This document shows positions 49,374-58,176 of a stretch of 63,426 nt of DNA, piece after piece. Position 1 is the stretch's first letter. Every line of letters starts with the position of its first letter. The stretch is taken from positions 1 through 63,426 of the forward strand of contig JAZQAE010000112.1 of the NCBI GenBank assembly GCA_045544995.1, given 5' to 3'. The position numbers were made by a program, and so were the translations under genes. Source of the stretch: Eubacteriales bacterium (GTDB lineage: Bacteria; Bacillota; Clostridia; Oscillospirales; QAKW01). The notes below the pieces were generated by a model. The model was given only the letters and a program-made list of their open reading frames with translations, was not told where the DNA came from and did no database searches.

Positions 49374-50621
49374 TTATAATATTGAGCAGAACTCCACCGT
49401 CCGTGGCAAATGAGCCGGATTCATCTCTTTTCTGCAACAGGCGATGAGCCGTTTTCCGAGGATGCCGTTCGATACTTTTCCGTCCGGCAGGACCCGCACC
49501 CGAATCCCTCCGTCATCCGCAACGCAACGGCATTTTTCTACCCCGGAAAGGGCAGATAGCATCGCCTCCATCGCCGATAGATCCACGCCGTAATCCTTCA
49601 CCGGAACTAAAGCCTCTTTCCGCAGTTTTAAAGGGACCGGAGAGGACGCTAAGGCTCCTTGACCGCCCACTGCCTGAAAGGCTCGTTCGGCGAATTTCTC
49701 CATCAACGGCGTTTTTGCTTTTCCGATCTGAAATCCACCCCGCAGGTTCTCCCACCGATTGCCGAAAAACGCTTTTCTTTGGCGGAACTCCCAGAAAAAC
49801 TCTTCCGTTCCCACCAAAAAATCAGGACGCATCTTTTTCAATAATTTATAGGGTTCCCCCACACTCCAAAGGATGGTTTTCCCGTTACACAATGCGCTGT
49901 GCGCCGCCAAAAATCCGCCCTCTGTGGCAAAAGAATTCTCGATAAAAACCGTATGAACATAGTCTTTTTTCTTCCAGAATTCGGCAGAGGTATCCGCCAA
50001 TTCCTCCGGGAAATAAGAGATGAATTTCGGGGCGACGAAACTGCTGATCCCGCCCAAAAGAACCGCATCCTGCCCCCGATCCCCAAAGGGGATATCCATA
50101 GCATTATAGCGGTTTTGCGCCATCATTTCTTCCAGAAAAGCGCCGTCGTTTTCCTCGTCTTTTTGCCGCTCCATGGTGCGGTAAATACGCCGATCTTTCC
50201 CCTTCATATCCCGATCCGGACGGCAAAGCACCACCCGATTGGGCGGCAGGGGAGTTCCCTCTTCGCAAAAGGCTTCATAGCGCCCCTCGGTGGTGATCAA
50301 AAGTTCACTTTCCGTGGCACGCATCTGCCGACGCACTTCTCCGGCAGTATCCGACGGATGAACTAAAACGGCAATAGCGCCCAGACGGGAAAGACCGTAA
50401 AAACTCGCCATCAGATCCGGGCAGTTGGGAAGCCACAGGCAGACCCGGTCACCCGGTTTGATCCCCATCTGGCAAAAGGTATTGTAGGCATACTCCACCC
50501 GACTGAGCAAAACACCGTAGGAAAGGAGCTTTCCGCCGTACCAGAGGGCGATCTCATATTTATTTCGATAGGCGCTGATCCGGAAATCCCGGTAGGCCGA
50601 AGAGCGTTCGTTTTGTTCCAT
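49374..50621 (-). CDS. degenerate AMP-binding (acyl-CoA synthetase-like) protein
   Basis: GIKPGDRVCLWLPNCP...LGAIAV matches the ANL N-terminus; P-loop not canonical. Confidence 0.65.
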   Translation of the reverse strand: MEQNERSSAYRDFRISAYRNKYEIALWYGGKLLSYGVLLSRVEYAYNTFCQMGIKPGDRVCLWLPNCPDLMASFYGLSRLGAIAVLVHPSDTAGEVRRQMRATESELLITTEGRYEAFCEEGTPLPPNRVVLCRPDRDMKGKDRRIYRTMERQKDEENDGAFLEEMMAQNRYNAMDIPFGDRGQDAVLLGGISSFVAPKFISYFPEELADTSAEFWKKKDYVHTVFIENSFATEGGFLAAHSALCNGKTILWSVGEPYKLLKKMRPDFLVGTEEFFWEFRQRKAFFGNRWENLRGGFQIGKAKTPLMEKFAERAFQAVGGQGALASSPVPLKLRKEALVPVKDYGVDLSAMEAMLSALSGVEKCRCVADDGGIRVRVLPDGKVSNGILGKRLIACCRKEMNPAHLPRTVEFCSIL

Positions 50622-50677
50622 TTTTACCCTCATATTTCAAAAAAGAGTGGCCAAAGGACACTCTTTTTTGAGAAAAA

Positions 50678-51502
50678 TTAATCGTTTTTATCGGTTTTAT
50701 CGGTATCGCCGGAAATCGTCTCATCCACCAGAGCACAAGAGGTGAAGAGATAGTTCGTTACCGTTGTATCCGCATCGTTGATGGTCATAATCTCGTCCAC
50801 TTTCTGGACAGTGATGGAAAGCCGTTTGGCAAATTTGGTGGGATCCTTGGTGGCGTCCTCTTCGCTGAGCGCTTCCTGATAATAGCAGTCCACCGTCAGA
50901 GTATAAAGCTGGGTCGCTTCGTCAAATTTGACGTCGATGACCTTCGGCACCATATAGGTGACGTTCATGGCTTCGCTTCCTACCCGATAGCATCCGCTCA
51001 ATGAATCATAGTCGAACTTTCCGCAGACCTCCACGTCGTGATGGTCGATCTTTCCGGGATAGTCAAAACTATAAAGCGCATACTTCTCCACATCGGATTT
51101 CGGCACCAAAAAGCTTCCGTCCTCTTTCATATGGTAAACGCCCTGGCCGTTGACCTTAATGGCCTGCCAGATGCCGAAGGAAACGAAGTAATCGGTATTC
51201 AATCCCAAGGGATTGGTAAAGCCGGGAAAATCCTGCCGGACGAAGTTGGCGAGATAGAGATCGAAATATTCTTTGGAGCCTTCCTCCAGACCGGAGGCAC
51301 GGACTTCATCAAAGGCGGTTCCCTCCCAGATCAAGTCCGGATCTACGTTTTCCAAATAGATATCTGCCGGTTTAAAGAGATGATAGATCCGGTTGATGCC
51401 CAATCCTACCATAAATACGCAGAAGGAAAGGAACACCAAACCAATGGAAAAGGTAAAGATCTTATGGCCGTATTTGCGAAAAAAGACAGCGAATTTATTC
51501 AT
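50678..51502 (-). CDS. hypothetical membrane-anchored protein
   Basis: Single N-terminal TM, SD GGAG. Confidence 0.7.
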   Translation of the reverse strand: MNKFAVFFRKYGHKIFTFSIGLVFLSFCVFMVGLGINRIYHLFKPADIYLENVDPDLIWEGTAFDEVRASGLEEGSKEYFDLYLANFVRQDFPGFTNPLGLNTDYFVSFGIWQAIKVNGQGVYHMKEDGSFLVPKSDVEKYALYSFDYPGKIDHHDVEVCGKFDYDSLSGCYRVGSEAMNVTYMVPKVIDVKFDEATQLYTLTVDCYYQEALSEEDATKDPTKFAKRLSITVQKVDEIMTINDADTTVTNYLFTSCALVDETISGDTDKTDKND

Positions 51503-51635
51503 GTCACTCTCTCCAAAGTCAAAATATTACATCTTATTTTACCCTTTTTTTCGCCTTTCGTCAAGTTGCGGTTGAAATATTCTCTATTTTTTAATATAAT
51601 GTTGCTGTAAAAGAACGAAAAAGGAAGAAAGATCT

Positions 51636-53672
51636 ATGGAAATTTTAGCCCCTGCCGGGGATTTTGAATCCGCCAAAAGCGCAGTCCATAACGGTGCAGA
51701 CGCCATCTACGTGGGCGGCCGGATCCTCAACGCCCGACGGGCTTCCAAGGGCTTTGACGGATCGGAACTCAAAGAACTGGTCCGCTACTGCCGTTTGAGA
51801 AACGTCAAGGTCTACGTGACGGTCAACACCCTGACCCGTGAGGATGAACTGCCGGACCTTTTGAAGCTGGCGGAGGAGATCGCAGACTCCGGCGCAGACG
51901 GCGCCATCGTCTCGGATCTCGGAGTGGCAAGAGTCCTGCAAAAGGTCTGCCCCTCTCTCCCTCTCCACGCCTCCACCCAAATGAATATCCACTCCCTTTC
52001 CGGCGTCCGCTTTTTGGAAAAATTAGGTTTTAAGCGGGTGGTTCTGGCACGGGAATTATCCCTTAGAGAAATTACGGAAATTTGCAAAAATACCACCATG
52101 GAGATCGAAGTGTTTGCCCATGGCGCCCTTTGCATGTGTTACAGCGGAAACTGCTATTTATCCGCCGTCATCGGGCAAAAAAGCGGAAACCGAGGACTCT
52201 GTGCCCAGCCTTGCCGTCTGCCCTATGAAAACGGACAATATCCTTTAAGTCTGAAGGATCTTTGCACGCTGAAAGCCTTGGAACAACTGCAAAAAGCCGG
52301 GGTGGTCTCCCTCAAGATCGAGGGGCGGTTGAAATCGCCGGAATACGTAGGGAGTGTGACCGCCGCCTATCGTAAGGCCTTGGACGGCACCACCCCCACG
52401 GAAGAGGATCTCACCCGCCTTGCCCACATCTTCTCCCGGGACGGTTTCACCAACGGATATCTCAAAGAGGAGTTGGGTCCCTCGATGTTTGGCACCAAGA
52501 CCAAAACCGAATATGCCGATTATAAAAACGCAGTCAAAGAGGTCAAAAAGACCTTGGAAGAGGATTATGAACTCAAGAAAAGAAAGATCTCTTTCCACCT
52601 TTTTATGCGGGAAGAGCTCTGCCGTCTGACCGTGACTTGCGAAGATTTCAAGACCGATATCATCGGCCTGCCACCGCAGGATGCCTTGAAGAAAGAGGTC
52701 ACCGAAGAGGATGCCGTCCGCAGTCTCTCCAAGCTGGGCGGAACCCCCTTTGAACTTCGGGAATGTACCGCTTTGGTACGGCACGATCTCTTCTATCCCG
52801 CCGCTGCCTTCAACGCTCTGCGCCGAGAAGCTTTGGCCGCCGTTGAGGCGCATTTTGCCCCTCAGCCCCATCCTTTTTATCCCCAATTGCCGGACGTTTT
52901 CGCTCCTATAGAACAGGGAGACCGGCCGATGCTGGAGGGTTGGTTCTGGGATCCGGAAAAGGCACTCCCCACTCCCGATCCCCGGCTCAGACGCTACTGG
53001 CTCAATGCCAAGGATCCGGAAAAATGCCGTCCCTTGGGGAAAGATCCCCGTGCCGGTGTCTTTTTCCCGGCGGTATTGGAAGAGCGGGAACTTTCCGAAC
53101 TGGGGACGGCTCTCGCAGAGATGGGCTTCCGCCGTGCTCTGGTACGAAATCCCGGACAGATCGAGCCTTTGAAAACCTTAGGGTTTTCCGTACACGGCGA
53201 CTTCTCTTTCAACGCCGGAAACAGCCAAACTTTGACGGTTTTAGCGGAAGAACTGGAGAGCATCACCCTTTCTTTTGAGTTGACTCTCAGCCAGATCCGA
53301 CGGTTGGCAAAACCGCTTCCCGCCGGGATCATCGTCTACGGCCGGCTTCCCTTGATGGAGACCAGAAATTGCTTTATCCGCAACTACTCCGCTTGTAAAA
53401 ACGGAAAAGGCGCCACCCTCACCGACCGCACTGGAAGAGCCTTTCCGGTGGCCTGCGGATTTGGGTGCAGAAACACCCTTTTCAATGCTACACCTCTTTA
53501 CCTGACGGATCGCAGCCGGGAATGGCAGGAGGTCGGCGTTTCCTTCGGCCGGCTCCTTTTCACCGACGAAACTCCGGCTCAGATCGCCCGGATCATCGAC
53601 GAATATGCTCTGGGACGGGGACTTCCGCCCTCTGACCACACCCGAGGTCTTTATTATCGAGGAGTATTGTAA
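51636..53672 (+). CDS. U32-family protein, RlhA-like (probable 23S rRNA hydroxylation)
   Basis: EILAPAG, HASTQ, HGALCMCYSGNC, NRGLCAQPCR, KIEGR; long form with LSKLGGTPF (DUF3656-like). Confidence 0.85.
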   Translation: MEILAPAGDFESAKSAVHNGADAIYVGGRILNARRASKGFDGSELKELVRYCRLRNVKVYVTVNTLTREDELPDLLKLAEEIADSGADGAIVSDLGVARVLQKVCPSLPLHASTQMNIHSLSGVRFLEKLGFKRVVLARELSLREITEICKNTTMEIEVFAHGALCMCYSGNCYLSAVIGQKSGNRGLCAQPCRLPYENGQYPLSLKDLCTLKALEQLQKAGVVSLKIEGRLKSPEYVGSVTAAYRKALDGTTPTEEDLTRLAHIFSRDGFTNGYLKEELGPSMFGTKTKTEYADYKNAVKEVKKTLEEDYELKKRKISFHLFMREELCRLTVTCEDFKTDIIGLPPQDALKKEVTEEDAVRSLSKLGGTPFELRECTALVRHDLFYPAAAFNALRREALAAVEAHFAPQPHPFYPQLPDVFAPIEQGDRPMLEGWFWDPEKALPTPDPRLRRYWLNAKDPEKCRPLGKDPRAGVFFPAVLEERELSELGTALAEMGFRRALVRNPGQIEPLKTLGFSVHGDFSFNAGNSQTLTVLAEELESITLSFELTLSQIRRLAKPLPAGIIVYGRLPLMETRNCFIRNYSACKNGKGATLTDRTGRAFPVACGFGCRNTLFNATPLYLTDRSREWQEVGVSFGRLLFTDETPAQIARIIDEYALGRGLPPSDHTRGLYYRGVL

Positions 53673-53677
53673 AAAAT

Positions 53678-53706
53678 GATGGCAGACACAAAAAGTGTCT
53701 GCCATC
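53678..53706. terminator. terminator between convergent genes
   Basis: GATGGCAGACAC-AAAAA-GTGTCTGCCATC. Confidence 0.8.
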
Positions 53707-53760
53707 GTTATATTTATAAATCAATACGATAAAAATGCATTCTTTCCAAAACCGATCAAA

Positions 53761-54705
53761 TCACTTTAGCAGGTCGGCTAAAGCTATAAAAATTGGCATG
53801 GTCAAAATAGATAAAACACTGGTGAATCCGCTTGCTTTGGACGCAATTCCCGTATCCCGGTCGTACTTAGCGGCAAACATGACGGTATTATTCGCCGCAG
53901 GGGCGCTGCACGCCACCGCCGCCGCCAACAAAAGCGGGCCCCGGATTCCCAAAAGATAGCACCCGGCCAAAACCACCGTCGGGAACAGAAGAAGTTTCAA
54001 AAAGGCGACCATATAATTTTCTTTCTGACGGAACATTCCCGGCAGATCCGTATTCGCCAGATACGTACCGAACATCAGCATCGCCATGGGGGTATTAAGA
54101 GTGCCGATATAGTTGATAGGACTGAGGATAAATTCCGGCAGTCGGAAGTCGAAAAATCCCTGCAAAAGGCAGAGGGGCAGGCCGATCAAAATACCAAGGG
54201 AGCCGGGGTTGATGATGAGCTTGGTCAACGGCAATTTTCCTTCACTCCGGCGCATCAGGCTGATGCCGTGGGTAAAGGCGAAAACGTTGAAGACCACGAT
54301 CGCCGCCGAGCAATAAAACACGCCGATTTCTCCGGCTACCGCCTGCGCCAGAGGCAGGCCCATATAGCCTACGTTTCCATAGACGGACGCATATTGAAAA
54401 ATCGGCCGATTCTCTCCGGATTTTTTGTACAACTGCCAGACCGCCAAAGCACCACCTGCATGAAAAACCGCCATGATCACAGCCATCTTAAAGAAAGAGA
54501 CTGCATTCTCGGCATTAAAATCCACGTTCAAAAAGGAGTGAATGACGACGGCGGGGGTAATAATATAAAACAGCAAATTATTGCAATCCTTTGCGATCCG
54601 CTGGGTAAAGAGCCCGGCTTTATCGCATGCAAAGCCCACTGCCACCAGCATCGCCAGGATCAAAACCTGGCCAAAAGCGGCAGACATATAATTGAAAAAC
54701 AGCAT
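53761..54705 (-). CDS. AEC-family transporter
   Basis: GNVGYMGLP, about 10 TM, PAA..TVMFAAKY, TSVLSILTMP. Confidence 0.9.
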   Translation of the reverse strand: MLFFNYMSAAFGQVLILAMLVAVGFACDKAGLFTQRIAKDCNNLLFYIITPAVVIHSFLNVDFNAENAVSFFKMAVIMAVFHAGGALAVWQLYKKSGENRPIFQYASVYGNVGYMGLPLAQAVAGEIGVFYCSAAIVVFNVFAFTHGISLMRRSEGKLPLTKLIINPGSLGILIGLPLCLLQGFFDFRLPEFILSPINYIGTLNTPMAMLMFGTYLANTDLPGMFRQKENYMVAFLKLLLFPTVVLAGCYLLGIRGPLLLAAAVACSAPAANNTVMFAAKYDRDTGIASKASGFTSVLSILTMPIFIALADLLK

Positions 54706-54828
54706 AGAATTCACCTCTTGCGGTGTATTATATATTTTTTTGTGTTTCTTGTCAAATAGTATCTTGAAATATTTTGTAGAATACTTTATAATAATAACTT
54801 AGTAAACTATCTTTATGGAGGGAATCCC

Positions 54829-55218
54829 ATGGGTAAAAATAAAATCAGCGTTTCCATCGCAGGAAGTGAATTTGTCGTTACGACAGACGAGGAGCGGGAA
54901 TACACCTTATCTCTCGCCCGGACGGTGGACAACAAAATCCGTAACCTTTTACAGGAGAGCACCAAACTGACTGCCGGTCTGGCGGCGATTTTGACCTGTC
55001 TGGACCTTTGCGACGAGAACGAAAAGAATAAAGAATCCTGCGCCCGGCTTCGGGATGAGATCCGGCAATACCTTGCTCAGGTAGAGTCTGCCGGCATCGA
55101 AAAACAGATGATCCGTCAGGAATATCAGGAAAAATTAGAGCGTCTGGAAAAAGAGAACGATCTGCTTCGCGGTCAGTTGGCTCAATATGAGGCCGGTCAG
55201 ATCGGCTTCCATTCATGA
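54829..55218 (+). CDS. zapA: cell division protein ZapA
   Basis: VSIAGSEF, VDNKI, AAILTCL, C-terminal coiled coil. Confidence 0.85.
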   Translation: MGKNKISVSIAGSEFVVTTDEEREYTLSLARTVDNKIRNLLQESTKLTAGLAAILTCLDLCDENEKNKESCARLRDEIRQYLAQVESAGIEKQMIRQEYQEKLERLEKENDLLRGQLAQYEAGQIGFHS

Positions 55219-55757
55219 GAATTTTACTGGCATCCGCCTCGCCCCGACGCAAGCAATTACTCTCGGAGCTGGGGTACGAAATTGAGGTGGTCCGTCCAGA
55301 CTTTGACGAATCCTCCGTGCAAGGAACGGAGCCGGCCGCCTTGGTCGCCTCTTTGGCAGAGGGCAAGGGGCGGTCTGTGCCAAGTCAACCCGGTGTTCTC
55401 ACGGTGGCGGCGGATACCATCGTTGTCTATGAAGGGAAGATCCTCGGCAAACCTGCCGACGAGACCGAAGCCTTTCACACCCTGAAACAGCTCAGCGGAA
55501 ACCGCCATGAAGTTTTTACCGGCGTCTATCTCTGCCGGGACGGCAAAAGCCGTACCTTTACCGCCCGGGCTGAAGTCTTTTTCCGTCCCTTGACGGAGGA
55601 AGAGATCCGCGCTTATATCGCCACCGGTTCTCCTATGGACAAAGCAGGGTCTTACGGCGTCCAAGACAGTGGATTCGTGGCACATATTGAGGGGAGCTTT
55701 CATAACGTCATGGGCTTCCCCACCGAAGAGTTTGAAGAAATTATCAAAGAGTTTTGA
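55215..55757 (+). CDS. maf: Maf nucleotide pyrophosphatase
   Basis: LASASPRRKQLL, ADTIV, GKP, DKAGSYG. Confidence 0.95.
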   Translation: MRILLASASPRRKQLLSELGYEIEVVRPDFDESSVQGTEPAALVASLAEGKGRSVPSQPGVLTVAADTIVVYEGKILGKPADETEAFHTLKQLSGNRHEVFTGVYLCRDGKSRTFTARAEVFFRPLTEEEIRAYIATGSPMDKAGSYGVQDSGFVAHIEGSFHNVMGFPTEEFEEIIKEF

Positions 55758-55769
55758 AAGGAAAACGCT

Positions 55770-56813
55770 ATGCTGGAATTTATGAAGAAAAAAATGAAGG
55801 GCCTGAGAAAATTCTCCGGCTATACCGATATCGGCATTGACCTGGGAACGGCCAACACCATCGTCTATCGAAGCGGAAAGGGCATTATCCTGCGGGAGCC
55901 CAGCGTGGTTGCCATCGACACTCACGCCAATCGAGTTGTGGCCGTAGGTCAGGAAGCCAAGGAGATGATCGGCCGTACCCCCGACAGCATCCGTGCCGTC
56001 CGTCCTCTGAAGGAAGGCGTTATTGCCGATTTTGAGAGCGGATCTGCTATGCTGCGCTTTTTCCTGCGCAAGACCATGGGTACCAATGCTTTGATCAAAA
56101 AGAGAATTCTGATCTGCATTCCCTTCGGCGTTACCGACGTGGAGCATCGTGCGGTGGAGAATGCAGCTTATGAAACCGGCGCCAAGGACGTCCGGATCAT
56201 CGAAGAGCCTTTGGCAGCCGCCATCGGTGCCGGTCTGCCCGTGGGCGAACCCACCGGCAGCATGGTGGTCGATATCGGCGGCGGTACCTCTGAGGTTGCC
56301 GTCATCTCCTTGGGCGGTATCGTTTCTTCCCGTTCCGTCCGTGTGGCCGGAGACGCTTTTGACGCTGCCATCGTGGCTTACGTGAAAAAGCATTTCAATC
56401 TTCTCATCGGTGACCGCACCGCAGAAGAGATTAAATTTGAGATCGGTTCTGCCTATCCCTACGACAACGAAGGCACCATGTCTGTCCGCGGTCGGGATCT
56501 TATTACCGGTCTGCCCAAAAACGTGGATATCAGCGCCGCCCATATTCGGGAAGCGTTGGCTGAGTCGGTACAGTTGGTCATCGACGCCATCCGTCAGACG
56601 CTGGAGGATACGCCCCCCGAGCTTTCTGCAGATATTATCGACCACGGCATCACCCTCACCGGCGGCGGTGCTTTACTGCGTGGCTTGGATGCCCTTATCA
56701 ATAAAGTGACCGGTATGCCGGTTCACATCGCCAAGGATCCCTTAGACTGCGTTGCCTTGGGTACCGGCAAGAGTTTGGAAAACCCTGCTCTTTGGGCTAG
56801 TCTGACCCGGTAA
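55770..56813 (+). CDS. mreB: rod shape-determining protein MreB
   Basis: GIDLGTANT, EPSVVA, DIGGGTSEVA, LTGGGALL. Confidence 0.97.
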   Translation: MLEFMKKKMKGLRKFSGYTDIGIDLGTANTIVYRSGKGIILREPSVVAIDTHANRVVAVGQEAKEMIGRTPDSIRAVRPLKEGVIADFESGSAMLRFFLRKTMGTNALIKKRILICIPFGVTDVEHRAVENAAYETGAKDVRIIEEPLAAAIGAGLPVGEPTGSMVVDIGGGTSEVAVISLGGIVSSRSVRVAGDAFDAAIVAYVKKHFNLLIGDRTAEEIKFEIGSAYPYDNEGTMSVRGRDLITGLPKNVDISAAHIREALAESVQLVIDAIRQTLEDTPPELSADIIDHGITLTGGGALLRGLDALINKVTGMPVHIAKDPLDCVALGTGKSLENPALWASLTR

Positions 56814-57652
56814 TGAAACAATTTTTTAAAACGAAAACTTTTATTGCCATCTGCATCGTGGCGTCCTTGCTTTTGGGGATGACGGTTCTGGATACCGCCT
56901 CCAACGGCCATCTTTCCTTTTTGGAGAATTTGGCCGGTACGTTTGTGACCCCCATTCAGAATTTTTGCGCCACCGTCGCCAAATATAACGGCAATCTCAT
57001 CCGTGCCTATACGGAATACGAGGCCTTAGAAGCAGAGAACGCCAAGTTAAAAGGCGAACTGGCCAGTATCGGCGCTCTGATTCGGGATGCGGAGGAATAC
57101 GCCAACGAGAACCAGAGTTTAAAGGCTATGCTGGGCATTGCCGAAAGCCGTCCCGACTTTAAATTTGCCTCCTGCTTGGTGGTGGGAAGCGATCAGAACG
57201 GCTACTCCCACACCCTGACCTTAAACAAGGGTTCCGCCGACGGACTGCAGAAAAAAGATCTGGTCATGACCGCCGACGGTGTGGTGGGCTACATCAACGA
57301 GTTGGGGCTGACCTGGAGCAAAGTGACGACGGTTTTGGACTCTTCCTGTGAGATCGGCGCCATCGTGACCCGCACGCAGGACATCGGCGTTTTGGACTGG
57401 GACTATACCCTCTCCGAGGAGGGCTTGCTCAAGTTGGCCTATCTGGATACCGGCGTAATCCTGACCGGCGGAGATGCGGTGGAGACCAGCGGTGTGGGCG
57501 GTGTTTTCCCCAAAGGAATCCTTTTGGGCCGTGTCCGTGAGTTGAGAACGGAAAGCCACGGCATCTCTCAGTATGCCGTTCTGGAACCTGCCGTTAACGT
57601 GGAGACGGTACGCACTGTCTTTGTGATCACCAATTTTGAAAGTGAGAACTGA
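56813..57652 (+). CDS. mreC: rod shape-determining protein MreC
   Basis: TM, coiled coil, LNKGSADG, TSG.GGVFPKGI. Confidence 0.93.
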   Translation: MKQFFKTKTFIAICIVASLLLGMTVLDTASNGHLSFLENLAGTFVTPIQNFCATVAKYNGNLIRAYTEYEALEAENAKLKGELASIGALIRDAEEYANENQSLKAMLGIAESRPDFKFASCLVVGSDQNGYSHTLTLNKGSADGLQKKDLVMTADGVVGYINELGLTWSKVTTVLDSSCEIGAIVTRTQDIGVLDWDYTLSEEGLLKLAYLDTGVILTGGDAVETSGVGGVFPKGILLGRVRELRTESHGISQYAVLEPAVNVETVRTVFVITNFESEN

Positions 57653-58176
57653 TGTTTAGCAGACCCCGTAGTTATTGGAAATTGATCTTATACGTTGTCT
57701 TGACGCTGGTATGCTTTCTCCTGCAAAGCGTACCGGCTTTCGGCGTGCGCTTTTTAGGGTGCGCGCCTTCTCTTTTATTGCTTTTGACGGTGGGGGTCTC
57801 CTTTTTTGAAACTCCGGCTTTTTCCGCCTGGTTCGGGCTTACTATGGGGCTTCTCTCCCAACTGACCACTGCGGTTCTCGCCGGAACTGACGGCATCCTT
57901 TTTATGTTTATTGGCTATTTTGTCGCCGCAGCCTTGGAGGTCTTTCTGCAACGGAAATTCTTCGTTTATCTCGTCGTTTCCTTAGGGACTGTTTTTCTCC
58001 AGCAGATCCTGGATTATTTCTGGCACCTTTTACTCTGGGAACGGCTCCCCTTAGGCGCAGCATTGGTGAACCACATCCTTCCCACGTTCTTTTTCACCGG
58101 TCTGTTTGCCCTGCCCATTTATTGGCTGCTCTGGCGCTATGACCGAAAATTCCGGGAAAAGGAGGAATTGCTTTGA
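57652..58176 (+). CDS. mreD: rod shape-determining protein MreD
   Basis: Hydrophobic 174 aa after mreC. Confidence 0.85.
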   Translation: MFSRPRSYWKLILYVVLTLVCFLLQSVPAFGVRFLGCAPSLLLLLTVGVSFFETPAFSAWFGLTMGLLSQLTTAVLAGTDGILFMFIGYFVAAALEVFLQRKFFVYLVVSLGTVFLQQILDYFWHLLLWERLPLGAALVNHILPTFFFTGLFALPIYWLLWRYDRKFREKEELL

